DNA of 64,000 bases from a phage, in sequence record PZ019085.1. One strand, written 5' to 3'. Shown here in pieces: positions 13,501 to 23,514 of the stretch (its first letter is position 1; each line of letters begins with the position of its first letter). The notes beneath the pieces were generated by a model. That model had not been told where the DNA came from and did no database searches. It saw only the letters and a list, made by a program, of their open reading frames with translations. Both the position numbers and the translations under genes were made by a program.

Positions 13501-13636
13501 CATCTGCCGTTTTAGTCTCAGCGATTTCTACGAAATAGTAGAAATTAGCACCAACGTCATCCCAGCGTATTTGAACTTGGTTAGCGGACAACTTGGATAT
13601 TCTGAGACTTGTGACTGCTGGCGCTTTTACTGTCAT
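10538..13636 (-). CDS. 7: baseplate wedge initiator (T4 gp7-like)
   Basis: 1032-aa ORF, same length as T4 gp7; synteny. Confidence 0.9.
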   Translation of the reverse strand: MTVKAPAVTSLRISKLSANQVQIRWDDVGANFYYFVEIAETKTADGEIIPPASYRWINLGYTPNSNWFENSLDPLTSYIIRVSTAAEGFERSDWVYTEIFESFQTNAYTFQHMIEMQLANTFIREKFTNNNMAYVDFNNDTIMAALMNESFQFSPAYADISSIKNFIIGENEYHEIQGSIQQVCHDINRVYLMESEGILYLFERYQPVVKVSNDKGQTWKSVKLFNDRVGYPISRTVYYQTDYTTYVLGYDKLFYGRKSTDVRWSADDVRFSSQDITFAKIGDQLNLGFDVEIFGNYASLPANVSRIAEAIVCNDDYVYVAARDKVRFIKTSNAPIDSDPLSPTYSERLFEQETFNITGNPKAVCYKMDSVGGKIFALIIGEVVNLNDDPRTTPIVDSVDKGIYVLDHDAGTFKRVFGNTEEERRRIEPGYTSMSTDGVELSISSSNFKFLESDIVDDPKTQVKYGLIGAVKYEYPREWLADKHYHMMAFISTEDSQWESFTPQPMEYYAEPFFSYSRKSGTRCWINNSDKAVVIYSDLLYTKVIENHPLSSSDREVHEYWKDGDCTIVMPNVDFTGFKKYASGMIFYKASGEIISYYDFSYRVRDNVSIIWKPTNIFLTASLQNQEKDTTWTPVEENGIADPDLRPLLTTMMPESYLLDNTNFEAFCEAYIQYLSDGYGTHYNNLLNLIKNKYPREEHAWEYLWSEIYKRNIYLNAEKRDLVSRFFESRSYDFYSTKGTEASYKFLFKVLYNEDVEIEIESSSGTEYDIIIESDSLTEDLVGQTIYTATGRCNVTYIERSYSKGKLQWTVTIHNLLGRLIQGQEVKAERLPGFEGEIVRGIKGKELSQNNIDYINRGRAYYVMKIKSKLPSSRWKSDVLRFVHPVGFGFIAITLLTMFINTGLTLKHVETIINKYKNYKWDSGLPTKYADRVAKLDPQGNVEFDPITGKAIYEIGPMAGQDYPLPEDYNAENNNSIFQGQLPSERRKLMSPLFDASGTTFSRFRDLVEQRLIDNVGNPRDPVNPPQVKLDE

Positions 13637-15606
13637 TGTGAAATAGGCTCCAAATCTATAGTTAAGTACTGAGGACGTAAGTCATTTTCGAATACGATTA
13701 AAGAACCATCCTTTGTAAAAATAATATCATCTGCAGGGTCTGAATAAAGTTCAATTGTTTGAACTTCAAAACGGTCTGAAGTGAGGTCAATTTTAGCAAT
13801 GTTCCAATAAATCGAATCGGCAGGATAATTCACTTCGCCAATTGAATAGTATTTGTTTCGTCCGTCAGTAACAGTAAGTTTATTAAAATCATTACCTGTA
13901 TAAGGTTGTATATTTTCGTTTTCAACAACATCACCGTCTGCAAATGGACCAATAATAACTTGACCTATGCCACGGTCATTACGGTCAGAAGATACTATGC
14001 GAACACCGTATTTAATAGTTTCGTTTGCATTTTCTGGATTAGGTCTGTGTGAATCAAACGAGAATATATTAGATTCCATCGATCTATCTTTAATCTGATT
14101 ATTGTATTTAATACCGGCCTCAGGCGTTTTATAGAAGTTTTGTACTTCGCGAACCATTTGAATAGTAGCTGAAGAACCAATAATAGAAATATCTGCATCA
14201 TCGACATAAGTTAGCATTTTAGATTTTGCAAACGATGAGTTAAAAATTTCTACATCTTCAATATAATATCGGTCAATTTTATTAATAATTTGCCCTTCAA
14301 GGTATTGCTCTGATTCTTGAAGCTTATTCAAAGCATATGTAACTTTGATATTCATTTTGATAAACAAATAATCAGGCGAAATAACAACAGGTGTAATAGT
14401 CCCTAAGTTATAATCATTCAAATAGTTTTTGATATCATCACGTTGGACAGAAGTCAAATACAATCCAGATTTAGGCTTAGCAGCAATATATGCGTACCCT
14501 GGTTTAGATGAATCTGTGAATGTTTGAACAGCTTGAATAATAGAACCAAACCGCTCAGAGACGAATGTATCATAATCTGAAGCGGTTACACAACGTTGTT
14601 GAGTTTCGCGTTTAATTGTGCCTAATTCGCGGATACGTTCAATATCTTCAGGGTCACCACCACCGTCTGCCCCAACAAAGTCTGGGTTATTGCTAGGGTT
14701 CTCGTTAATATCGATTACCGTGATATTAGCTAATGTATCAGCATAAGAAAATCCTACAGCACCGTTAGCATCTGCGCCATTAGTAGAAATATACTCAATT
14801 ACGATTTTAGAACCCTGAACAGGTTTAAGGCCACCAATATAGTTAGATGTTAACGCGCCTTCTGACGTGTTAATAGAGATTTCGCCTTCACCAAAATAAA
14901 ATTCGGTGTTCCCATCAACCGTTTCACGCATATAATAGATTGTTGATGTAGAATCAGCGTGAACCATCGACTTACGAGTCCAGTTAATCCATTCTGCTCC
15001 GTCAACATACAACTTAACCAAATTACGGTCAATATTCTTATCACGAATAATGATAGGTTTTAATTTATCAAATGTTAATTCAGTGCGAACAATACGTCCT
15101 TGAGCTAATCGAAGACGTGGAAAATATTGGTTATTTTTGTCTTTAACTACAATGACATCTTCAGTAGAAACAAAGTTATATGGGTTAACAGAAGTATCTT
15201 TAGCGTATGCTAAGAAACGAGTGCCACGTGGAATGGTGATATAGTTTCTATTTAACGCATCCGTACATGTGAGCATAATTTCTGTTTGTGCTGCTGATTT
15301 AGATGAAGGCAGATATCCATTATCTTGAGCCGCTTGTACAACAGAACTACGCAAGTTTGCAGTACGCATAAAACTTTCATACACTGCACTATTACTGAAC
15401 TGTTGGATGTAAAGAGTGTTATATGCTAAAAGGTCGCACAATACGTTTAAGCGTGAACCTTCAAAATCATAATCAAGAAATTCATTCTGTCCATGGAGCC
15501 ATTCAATAATGTTTTGTTTGATTTCGGCAAATGTGCCCCCGATAAAAATCTCGGGAATAGCATTCGCTGTTCGGGTTAATTGATAATTTACAGGAGTGTT
15601 TGCCAT
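13633..15606 (-). CDS. 6: baseplate wedge protein (T4 gp6-like)
   Basis: start set at internal ATG giving MANTPVNYQLTRTANAIPEIF..., matching the T4 gp6 N-terminus and avoiding overlap with 5.4; 657 aa. Confidence 0.9.
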   Translation of the reverse strand: MANTPVNYQLTRTANAIPEIFIGGTFAEIKQNIIEWLHGQNEFLDYDFEGSRLNVLCDLLAYNTLYIQQFSNSAVYESFMRTANLRSSVVQAAQDNGYLPSSKSAAQTEIMLTCTDALNRNYITIPRGTRFLAYAKDTSVNPYNFVSTEDVIVVKDKNNQYFPRLRLAQGRIVRTELTFDKLKPIIIRDKNIDRNLVKLYVDGAEWINWTRKSMVHADSTSTIYYMRETVDGNTEFYFGEGEISINTSEGALTSNYIGGLKPVQGSKIVIEYISTNGADANGAVGFSYADTLANITVIDINENPSNNPDFVGADGGGDPEDIERIRELGTIKRETQQRCVTASDYDTFVSERFGSIIQAVQTFTDSSKPGYAYIAAKPKSGLYLTSVQRDDIKNYLNDYNLGTITPVVISPDYLFIKMNIKVTYALNKLQESEQYLEGQIINKIDRYYIEDVEIFNSSFAKSKMLTYVDDADISIIGSSATIQMVREVQNFYKTPEAGIKYNNQIKDRSMESNIFSFDSHRPNPENANETIKYGVRIVSSDRNDRGIGQVIIGPFADGDVVENENIQPYTGNDFNKLTVTDGRNKYYSIGEVNYPADSIYWNIAKIDLTSDRFEVQTIELYSDPADDIIFTKDGSLIVFENDLRPQYLTIDLEPISQ

Positions 15607-15614
15607 TTTAATTC

Positions 15615-15908
15615 CTATTTTATAAAGACTTTTGACGAGGCCTGAGAAACAGTATCCCCGCATGAAATTGGGTCAGCCATTTGAACGGCTTTTTTACCGG
15701 TGACGTATACTTTAGATGTACGAGGTTCAGTAACACCTCCATGAGTCTCGTATGGTTTTTTAATTTCTGTATGAGGTGTTATTTGGTCTCCTGCCACAAG
15801 AACAGGAATACCGCCGGTGAACACTTTAGATTGGGAAGCATTTATTACAGTAGGAGGCCATGCTTCATGACCTGTTGTAACGCACTTGTCGTAACTTAAG
15901 CCAGACAT
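15615..15908 (-). CDS. 5.4: PAAR-like baseplate spike tip protein (T4 gp5.4-like)
   Basis: 97 aa from [19 protein letters not shown]...; length and sequence match T4 gp5.4 as recalled. Confidence 0.85.
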   Translation of the reverse strand: MSGLSYDKCVTTGHEAWPPTVINASQSKVFTGGIPVLVAGDQITPHTEIKKPYETHGGVTEPRTSKVYVTGKKAVQMADPISCGDTVSQASSKVFIK

Positions 15909-15910
15909 TT

Positions 15911-16426
15911 TCACGGCCTCACATAAACATAGTTTCGTAATTGATGAGCCCATTTGCTCCAATTTCCTACTATAGTTTTTGTATAAACCTTAGTAAGAGT
16001 TTTTTGTACTGGAGCCGGTGGAGGTTCTGTACCAGAGTCACTTCTAGAACCGCCTGATGAACTTTCTTCTTGGTAGTTATAAATCATTTCAACCGTATAA
16101 CTAAACACTTTACGAAGATTCTGAGGAGCTCTCCACAAATATAACTGTGTTGATTCATCTTTTGGTAAATCATCCCATGAAGATGCGGTTTCAAAATCAT
16201 CATTTAATCGGTATTTCAATGCATCCGAAGAAAAGCTAAACACACTTTCATATGTTCCATATAAACGATTACCATCTACCGTAATGCCTTGTGTCGGTTC
16301 ATAATCTGTTATATTTATTGACACTAAAGTTTCGGTTGTTTCTAACTGTGGAGTAAAAAGGACGTCAATAGACGCCCCTTCCATGTCTTCTCCTAAGTCG
16401 GTATTTAAAGGAAGTATTTGTGCCAT
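15911..16426 (-). CDS. 5.1: baseplate hub-region protein (T4 gp5.1 position)
   Basis: 171-aa ORF between gene 5 and 5.4; assignment by position only. Confidence 0.6.
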   Translation of the reverse strand: MAQILPLNTDLGEDMEGASIDVLFTPQLETTETLVSINITDYEPTQGITVDGNRLYGTYESVFSFSSDALKYRLNDDFETASSWDDLPKDESTQLYLWRAPQNLRKVFSYTVEMIYNYQEESSSGGSRSDSGTEPPPAPVQKTLTKVYTKTIVGNWSKWAHQLRNYVYVRP

Positions 16427-16429
16427 ATA

Positions 16430-18163
16430 TTACCCAATATCAATACGAGATCCGTCAACAGTGTATTGTCCTGAAGCTACTGAGCTCATTGTAGACATTG
16501 TTTCTGCCCAATCCCCTGCAACAGTCATATCAACATTACCATTAACAGTCCATTTAACGTTTCCGTTGACGGTGTAATCATGATTCCCTTCGACCTGAGT
16601 TTTAGCATCACCTTTAACAAGAATATCTGCATTTCCGTCAACAACTATTTTGATATTGCCCTTAACGTAAAGAGTTCCATCGCCTTCAACAGTTTTAGTT
16701 TGATTACCACGAATAAAGATTGTGTCATTGCCGTCTATTTGATGGAGGCGGTCTGCCATGTTATAATATATTTCATTAGCACCAACGTTAACAAGTTTAT
16801 CACCAGAAATCAAGAAGTTCCCATCGCCATTAGTAATGTCAAAAAGGTCTTCTACAGTTTTACGAGTACGACGTCCAGACGGAGAAACTTCCTCATATGA
16901 CCCTGTTGGATGAACTAAGCGATAACGTTCATTACCTGGAGTATCGTCAAATTCTTGGATATGACCACTTTCTGTTTCCATAGCATGAACGTATGGATAC
17001 TCACCACGATAACTTGATTCCGGTTCTTTAAAAAGGATACGTGAATCTAATGGAACAGGAGGACCAGCCGGGTCTTCTGGATCGGTATTTCTAGTAACTA
17101 AATCGGCACCAACTCCTGGTGAAGGAGGTGTTTTAACAGGAACACCGTATGATTCCATGTTACCGGTTAAAATAATTGTTGTTACACGTGAAGCGCGCCC
17201 TTTAGTCTGTTGGAACCATAATGAATCGCGTCCGGACTTGTATGCGGTTTTCCAATCACCTGTGGCCATTGCTTTAAGCATAGTATTGAATTTTGCTACA
17301 CCGCCAACGCCCATCTGGAAGCACATGTTTTCTAATGCCATTTGGCGAGATCTGTTCATTTTAGCGTAAACAGGACCTACTTTAGAATTAGAACGAATGT
17401 CTTTCTGCATCTTAGCAAGGTCTTTCTCAAATAACGCTGTTGCTTCTTCTAATGTAATAGTTCCCGGATTTCCTGTTACTTCACGTCCTACTTGATCAGA
17501 TAACAATTTATTAATTCGAGACATATCTCGGGTCTTTTCCATTACGATAAGGTGTCCAATACCTACTGTAGGATACCCGAGATGGTCCCAATACACTTTA
17601 TCACGAAGACCTTCGTCACGACGTAACATTTCTGTTATTGTAAAATTAGGGTCATCATCTTCTGGAATATTTGCTAAATCTGTGTCGTCTGGGTTTATAC
17701 CATAATCCAAGTTGTTATCTTGAATTACGTTAGAGTTCGAATAATAACCAGCTTCACCACCTTGGTTTAACACGTTCGTATCATTACCTAAACGACGCGG
17801 ATACTGACCTGTCGGGTCTGAAAAACCTTCAAGTCTATTAGGCTTTTCACGTACGATTCCGCCGTATGTACCAAGTACAATCCCGTTTGTTTTCCATTTG
17901 TCTAAGAAATGACCATATACTCGAGTTCCTTCAACAGGGCCTGTAACAGAACCACCAATACCTGACATTGACGCAGACGTAATAGGTTGAATAACAGTCA
18001 TCCATGGAAGTTTTTCTGTAGGAATACCTTGTACATCACCTTGTGCCCTCTGTGCCGGATGAAGACCAACGACTCGAACTCGAACTCGCCCTTGTTTTAA
18101 TGGGTCCATTCTGTCCTCGACAACACCCACGAACCAATTAAGGCTACTGCTAATCATTTCCAT
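16430..18163 (-). CDS. 5: baseplate hub subunit and tail lysozyme (T4 gp5-like)
   Basis: 577-aa ORF; lysozyme-like central domain and C-terminal repeats VKGNIKIVVDGNADILVKGDAKTQVEGNHD... typical of the gp5 beta-helix. Confidence 0.9.
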   Translation of the reverse strand: MEMISSSLNWFVGVVEDRMDPLKQGRVRVRVVGLHPAQRAQGDVQGIPTEKLPWMTVIQPITSASMSGIGGSVTGPVEGTRVYGHFLDKWKTNGIVLGTYGGIVREKPNRLEGFSDPTGQYPRRLGNDTNVLNQGGEAGYYSNSNVIQDNNLDYGINPDDTDLANIPEDDDPNFTITEMLRRDEGLRDKVYWDHLGYPTVGIGHLIVMEKTRDMSRINKLLSDQVGREVTGNPGTITLEEATALFEKDLAKMQKDIRSNSKVGPVYAKMNRSRQMALENMCFQMGVGGVAKFNTMLKAMATGDWKTAYKSGRDSLWFQQTKGRASRVTTIILTGNMESYGVPVKTPPSPGVGADLVTRNTDPEDPAGPPVPLDSRILFKEPESSYRGEYPYVHAMETESGHIQEFDDTPGNERYRLVHPTGSYEEVSPSGRRTRKTVEDLFDITNGDGNFLISGDKLVNVGANEIYYNMADRLHQIDGNDTIFIRGNQTKTVEGDGTLYVKGNIKIVVDGNADILVKGDAKTQVEGNHDYTVNGNVKWTVNGNVDMTVAGDWAETMSTMSSVASGQYTVDGSRIDIG

Positions 18164-18738
18164 TATGCAATCTCCATCTCACGAATCAAATCTGTGATAA
18201 ACGAGTTTATATCTTCTTTTGCAACAATTTTTATTTTACGAAGTTTTTCATTATCTAATACTGCCGCTTCATAAGTATCTACTGCAGCTAAAGGTCCTTT
18301 ATATTGCGGATACTTACGAGCTTCATCACCTTTATCGTACCACACTAAAGGCTCGTCCGGATATGAAACTAAATTGTAAAATTTCTCACGATTTTCATTA
18401 ATATGGTAAAGAACTTGGTCACCGCCGGCATTTGCATATTTCTGAATAGAAGCTTGATACGCTGCTTCCTGAGATGTAATCCAACCATAATACGGATCAT
18501 AGTTATCATTACACATCAAAAGAACCCAGTATAATTGTGGGTTTCCATAAATTATGTTTGCTAATTCTTCAGGACGCGGAGAGCCTTTAATATAATAAGA
18601 ACGTAATCTATAATTGGCAGCCACACGCTTAAAGTACTCTTTATAGTTACGAAATATGTCTGTCATAGGAATAGTAGGTGCATTCTTATCAACTGTTTTA
18701 GCACTATATCCTATTGGGTCGAAGAATGTAAATAACAA
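18163..18738 (-). CDS. 53: baseplate wedge protein (T4 gp53-like)
   Basis: 191 aa MLFTFFDPIGYSAKTV... as T4 gp53; initiation codon read from sequence is TTG preceded by SD AAGGAG. Confidence 0.85.
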   Translation of the reverse strand: MLFTFFDPIGYSAKTVDKNAPTIPMTDIFRNYKEYFKRVAANYRLRSYYIKGSPRPEELANIIYGNPQLYWVLLMCNDNYDPYYGWITSQEAAYQASIQKYANAGGDQVLYHINENREKFYNLVSYPDEPLVWYDKGDEARKYPQYKGPLAAVDTYEAAVLDNEKLRKIKIVAKEDINSFITDLIREMEIA

Positions 18739-18765
18739 GATAGTCTCCTTCCAATATGAAATTGG

Positions 18766-18773
18766 TATAAATA
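18766..18773 (+). promoter_or_regulatory. T4-type late promoter (TATAAATA) for gene 4
   Basis: plus-strand TATAAATA 27 nt upstream of the gene 4 ATG. Confidence 0.6.
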
Positions 18774-18780
18774 ATAATAC

Positions 18781-18788
18781 TATTTATA
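18781..18788 (-). promoter_or_regulatory. T4-type late promoter (TATAAATA) for gene 53
   Basis: minus-strand TATAAATA about 43 nt upstream of the gene 53 start; divergent from the gene 4 promoter. Confidence 0.55.
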
Positions 18789-18799
18789 AGGAGGACAAC

Positions 18800-19249
18800 A
18801 TGGCCTACTCTGGTAAATGGGTCCCAAAAAATTTAAAAAAATACCGTGGAGACCATACCAAAATAACGTATCGTTCAAACTGGGAAAAATTCTTTTTCGA
18901 ATGGTTGGATAAAAATCCAGAAATTATTGCATGGGGCAGCGAAACGGCAGTAATTCCATATTTCTGTAACGCAGAAGGTAAGAAACGTCGATACTATATG
19001 GACATATGGATGAAAGATGCATCAGGTCAAGAGTTCTTTGTAGAAATAAAACCAAAGAAAGAAACTCAACCGCCTATTAAGCCCGTAAATCTTACGACCG
19101 CAGCAAAGAAACGTTATATGAATGAAATCTACACGTGGTCTGTGAACTGTGATAAATGGAAAGCTGCCTCAGCTGTTGCTGAAAAGAGAAATATAAAATT
19201 TCGAGTTCTAACCGAAGACGGACTTAGGAAACTCGGATACAAGGGGTAA
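18800..19249 (+). CDS. 4: head completion protein (T4 gp4-like)
   Basis: 150 aa from ATG 18800 with SD GGAGGA; [19 protein letters not shown]...; the longer ORF-track start at 18656 would overlap gene 53. Confidence 0.85.
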   Translation: MAYSGKWVPKNLKKYRGDHTKITYRSNWEKFFFEWLDKNPEIIAWGSETAVIPYFCNAEGKKRRYYMDIWMKDASGQEFFVEIKPKKETQPPIKPVNLTTAAKKRYMNEIYTWSVNCDKWKAASAVAEKRNIKFRVLTEDGLRKLGYKG

Positions 19250-19251
19250 TT

Positions 19252-20073
19252 ATGAGCATATTCCAAATTATATCTGAAGGCGTACAAGCCCCTAAGATTG
19301 CTCAGTCTATGAATGAAAGAAAATGGATTGAGATAGGATTAGAATATAAGAAAGCTAAAGAGAAAGGAATCACTGCAAAAGCATTTGCAGAATCAAAAGG
19401 AATAAAATACTCGTCGTTTACATCTGCAATGTCTAGATATGCATCATCTATTAAGACCGCACAGAAAATTGAAACGCTTGAATCTAAACCTAAAAATAAA
19501 CTCAATAAGCAAGAACGTCAACTTCTGATGATAAACTCGTTTCGCAGTTCAATACGAGAAAAGATTAGAAATGAAGGCGCAGCAGTAAACAACAAATCAT
19601 CTAAGTGGTTTGTTGAAACAATTAAGAAAAGTGTAAAAGGTCATAAAGTAGTCAAGCCTACGCCAGGCAAAATTTATACTTACGTGTATGATGCTAAACA
19701 TAAAGATACTCTGCCATACTGGGACAGATATCCTTTGATTATTTATTTAGGATTAGGTAAACATAATTTGATGTATGGGTTAAACTTGCACTATATCCCA
19801 CCTAAAGCACGTCAACAGTTTCTTGAAGAATTGCTGAAGCAATATGCTAGCACAACTACTATTACTAATAACACAAAGTTGAAGATAGACTGGAGCAAGG
19901 TGAAAGGATTTCAAGGTGCTGACAAAATGATTAAAGCATACCTGCCAGGCCACATTAGAGGAACAATAACAGAAATAGCTCCTAAAGACTGGGCTAACAT
20001 AATCATGTTACCTACTCAACAGTTTATGTCAAAAGGAAAACGTTTCTCTGCGAATACTGTTTGGAAATCTTAA
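19252..20073 (+). CDS. 2: DNA end protector protein (T4 gp2-like)
   Basis: 273-aa ORF; size and position (4-2-3-1 order) as T4 gp2. Confidence 0.8.
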   Translation: MSIFQIISEGVQAPKIAQSMNERKWIEIGLEYKKAKEKGITAKAFAESKGIKYSSFTSAMSRYASSIKTAQKIETLESKPKNKLNKQERQLLMINSFRSSIREKIRNEGAAVNNKSSKWFVETIKKSVKGHKVVKPTPGKIYTYVYDAKHKDTLPYWDRYPLIIYLGLGKHNLMYGLNLHYIPPKARQQFLEELLKQYASTTTITNNTKLKIDWSKVKGFQGADKMIKAYLPGHIRGTITEIAPKDWANIIMLPTQQFMSKGKRFSANTVWKS

Positions 20074-20175
20074 TTCTATTCTCTTCCGTTCGTCTGATAT
20101 TCTGTTGAACCGGATTAATGGAAGAGACCTAAAACCATTATACTGCATTTTTATTAAAGCGTTTTTGAGGTGCTT

Positions 20176-20760
20176 ATGACTCGTCCAGCGAGACAGATTT
20201 TTAACCAAACAAATATAACAAACTTTGTTGTGGATATCCCAGATAGTACACGAACTTCAGGTTTTGTGCTCAATGCCCAAACGGCACCATTACCAGGTGT
20301 GAGAATTCCTGTTGTTGAAACTGTGACAGGCACAATGGGGTTAGGACGTGCAATGCGTGCAGGCACCACATTTGAATATGACCCTTTTATTGTACGATTT
20401 ATAGTTGATGAAGACATGACGTCCTGGATGAACATGTATAAATGGATGCTCAGCACTAATAACTATATAACTGGCCATAATACTGCACACTCTGATGGTC
20501 CTGAGTTTGTTACTTTGCACATTTTAAACAACAATAAGACCGAAGTAGTTTTGACGGCAAATTTCTATAAACCATGGATTTCTGATTTGAGTGAAATTGA
20601 ATTTAGTTACACTGAAGACTCTGACCCTGCCGTTACTTGCGTAGCAACTATTCATTACGCGTATATGACGATAGAAAAAGATGGCGAAGTCATTGTATCT
20701 CAACAACCACGTCAAGCGGTCGAATCTAAATCCATTTCTAGACACCCTTCCTTGCGTTAA
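20176..20760 (+). CDS. 3: tail completion / sheath stabiliser (T4 gp3-like)
   Basis: 194 aa from ATG 20176 (SD GAGG); position between 2 and 1 as in T4. Confidence 0.8.
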   Translation: MTRPARQIFNQTNITNFVVDIPDSTRTSGFVLNAQTAPLPGVRIPVVETVTGTMGLGRAMRAGTTFEYDPFIVRFIVDEDMTSWMNMYKWMLSTNNYITGHNTAHSDGPEFVTLHILNNNKTEVVLTANFYKPWISDLSEIEFSYTEDSDPAVTCVATIHYAYMTIEKDGEVIVSQQPRQAVESKSISRHPSLR

Positions 20761-20813
20761 TCGCTTCTAGCTCCGTATGTTATAATCACTCATAAATTAT
20801 ATGAGGAAAACCT

Positions 20814-21548
20814 ATGGAGCTAATCTTTTTAAGCGGCATCAAACGTAGTGGTAAAGACACCACCGCTGATTACATCAATTCAAACTTTAAATCCGTAAAA
20901 TATCAATTGGCATATCCGATTAAAGACGCTCTAGCAATAGCCTGGGGACGTAGGCATGCTGAAAATCCTGATGTATTCACAGAGTTGAAATACGAATACT
21001 TTGAAGGCATTGGATACGACCGTGAAACACCATTAAATCTCAATAAGTTGGATGTTATTGAATTATTGGAAGAAGCGCTAATTTATTTGCAAAGTCAATA
21101 TTTACCAATTAATAATGTTAAAGTATTATCATCGTTAGAAGGTGGATATTCGTATCTAGATATTAAACCATATGAAGCCCTGCGTGAAGCTATAAATAAT
21201 ATCAACGACACATGGTCAATCCGCCGTCTTATGCAAGCCCTCGGTACGGATGTTGTCGTTAATTTATTTGACCGTATGTATTGGGTTAAACTTTTTGCAT
21301 TAAACTATATGGATTATATTGGAAGCGATTTCGATTACTATGTTGTAACCGATACACGCCAAGTCCATGAAATGGAAACCGCTAGAGCGATGGGTGCTAC
21401 AGTTATTCATGTGGTTCGCTCTGGTACGGAATCCACCGATAAACATATTACAGAAGCTGGGTTGCCTATTGAAGAAGGCGATTTAGTTATTACAAACGAC
21501 GGCTCTTTAGAAGAGCTTTATTCTAAAATTGAAACAATCTTAAGGTAA
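20814..21548 (+). CDS. 1: deoxynucleoside monophosphate kinase
   Basis: 244 aa MELIFLSGIKRSGKDTTADYI... with P-loop; close match to T4 gp1 as recalled (..RMYWVKLFAL.., ..ARAMGATVIHVVR..). Confidence 0.9.
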   Translation: MELIFLSGIKRSGKDTTADYINSNFKSVKYQLAYPIKDALAIAWGRRHAENPDVFTELKYEYFEGIGYDRETPLNLNKLDVIELLEEALIYLQSQYLPINNVKVLSSLEGGYSYLDIKPYEALREAINNINDTWSIRRLMQALGTDVVVNLFDRMYWVKLFALNYMDYIGSDFDYYVVTDTRQVHEMETARAMGATVIHVVRSGTESTDKHITEAGLPIEEGDLVITNDGSLEELYSKIETILR

Positions 21549-21552
21549 TAAA

Positions 21553-22238
<686 letters not shown>

Positions 22239-22251
22239 TTTTCACAAAACG

Positions 22252-22290
22252 GTTTACATAAGGATGATGGTGTGTTACTATCATCCTATC
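22252..22290 (+). promoter_or_regulatory. early promoter with inverted repeat (PeSL-like cassette)
   Basis: GTTTAC -35-like hexamer then inverted repeat GGATGATGG...CTATCATCC around a -10-like TACTAT; upstream of the ipI-like gene. Confidence 0.5.
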
Positions 22291-22315
22291 AAATAAACAG
22301 CCTCAAGGAAATAAA

Positions 22316-22603
22316 ATGAAAACCTATAAAGAATTTATATCACCTGTTGCTAACGTTTCTACTCTGACCGAAGCAACCCTTACTTCTGAAGTTATTAAAA
22401 CAAATAAAGGACGTGAGGGTAAACCAATGATTAGTCTGGTTGACGGTGAAGAAGTAAAAGGTACTGTTTACTTAGGGGATGGATGGTCTGCTAAGAAAGA
22501 CGGCGCTACTATTGTTATCTCTCCGGCTGAAGAGACTGCATTGTTTAAAGCTAAGCATATTTCTGTAGCTCAGCTTAAAATTATTGCAAAAACTCTTCTG
22601 TAA
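22316..22603 (+). CDS. ipI: internal protein I-like (capsid targeting sequence protein)
   Basis: 95 aa starting MKTYKEFISPV, the T4 capsid-targeting-sequence motif (MKTYQEFIAE); ipI position next to 57B; length equals T4 IPI precursor. Confidence 0.7.
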   Translation: MKTYKEFISPVANVSTLTEATLTSEVIKTNKGREGKPMISLVDGEEVKGTVYLGDGWSAKKDGATIVISPAEETALFKAKHISVAQLKIIAKTLL

Positions 22604-22606
22604 GTA

Positions 22607-22645
22607 GTTTACAACACGATAGGACTATGTTATAGTAGTCCTATC
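22607..22645 (+). promoter_or_regulatory. early promoter with inverted repeat (PeSL-like cassette)
   Basis: GTTTAC then palindrome ATAGGACTAT-GTTA-TAGTAGTCCTAT then CAAATCAAATGAG; near-identical copies at 29368 and 30663. Confidence 0.55.
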
Positions 22646-22673
22646 AAATCAAATGAGTAAATGGAGAAATAAA

Positions 22674-22859
22674 ATGAAACGCGCTGAACTGATTCGTAAT
22701 GTTGCTGTAGTAATTGCTTCAATGGCTTTTAGTTTTTCGATGTTTGTAGGATTCATTTGTGGACTACTGACAACAACAGAAAATTCTATCTCATTGGTAG
22801 TAGCATTTCTAATCGGCTTAATCGCTATCGTTATGGATAAAATTGCAAAAGGTGAGTAA
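22674..22859 (+). CDS. small membrane protein, hypothetical
   Basis: 61 aa from ATG 22674 (SD GGAGAAA); hydrophobic core VAVVIASMAFSFSMFVGFICGLL; alternative start at 22653. Confidence 0.55.
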   Translation: MKRAELIRNVAVVIASMAFSFSMFVGFICGLLTTTENSISLVVAFLIGLIAIVMDKIAKGE

Positions 22860-22860
22860 A

Positions 22861-23223
22861 ATGAAATATCACGTATATGCTGATTTTGAAGCAAATCCTT
22901 CTAAAGACCCGGATTGTCGTTTATTCCGTAATCCGTTTGATTCAGCAGCTCAAGCATGGGCCTGGATTAAAACTTGTACTCCTTCTTACACTTTCTTTGA
23001 AGTGGTAGACGATAACGGAGTTCTGCATCCAGAACCTACAGAAACTATTAATTTCCTTCTGTTTGCTGGTTACGACTGTTATCCTCTTGGTGGTATTGAC
23101 GACCTTGTTGCTACAGGAAAAACTGTTGAGGTTCTTCGCGAAATTTATAAAAACGCAGAAGAAAATTTTGACTGGTATCATATTGTTGATGCTCATACCT
23201 TTGAAATGGTGGAACATTCATGA
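22861..23223 (+). CDS. hypothetical protein
   Basis: 120 aa from ATG 22861 (SD GGTGAG); no recognised family. Confidence 0.6.
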   Translation: MKYHVYADFEANPSKDPDCRLFRNPFDSAAQAWAWIKTCTPSYTFFEVVDDNGVLHPEPTETINFLLFAGYDCYPLGGIDDLVATGKTVEVLREIYKNAEENFDWYHIVDAHTFEMVEHS

Positions 23224-23510
23224 TTCTTTATGCTAAGGTAAAATCCGTTGAGAATGGATATGAAAGCGACCGAGCTGCAGCTAAAGCACTAGTCGATTAC
23301 CATGGTATTTTGACCCACTTTGAAGTTGAAAAGGTTTACGTCGACCGTTCATCTTCACAGGTTAAATTACTTTGGGAAGACCGCAAATTTAATAGTGTGA
23401 ACTTTGATTTCTTTATTGAAACAGAAAAAGGTCCTCTTGAATATGATATTTTCAAGAATCCTTTGAAATTACGTTGTATTGAATACAATTACATTAATAT
23501 GGTACGGTGA
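23220..23510 (+). CDS. hypothetical protein
   Basis: 96-aa ORF overlapping the upstream stop (ATGA); no recognised family. Confidence 0.6.
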   Translation: MILYAKVKSVENGYESDRAAAKALVDYHGILTHFEVEKVYVDRSSSQVKLLWEDRKFNSVNFDFFIETEKGPLEYDIFKNPLKLRCIEYNYINMVR

Positions 23511-23514
23511 GTAA

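Noticed and set aside
18656-18799. Extended N-terminus of gene 4 (ORF-track start at 18656)
   Set aside because: The extension overlaps gene 53 on the opposite strand and the divergent late promoters; the ATG at 18800 has a strong SD and matches the T4 gp4 N-terminus.
22649-22894. Minus-strand ORFs antisense to plus-strand early genes (for example 22649-22894, 25025-25393, 25776-26219, 26417-26890, 26757-27275, 28704-29021, 32881-33222, 33378-33722, 34445-34807, 42824-43159, 44431-44787, 60782-61270, 62565-63017)
   Set aside because: They lie entirely inside well-supported plus-strand genes (several of them T4 homologs), lack SD sequences, and have low-complexity or odd composition typical of antisense frames.
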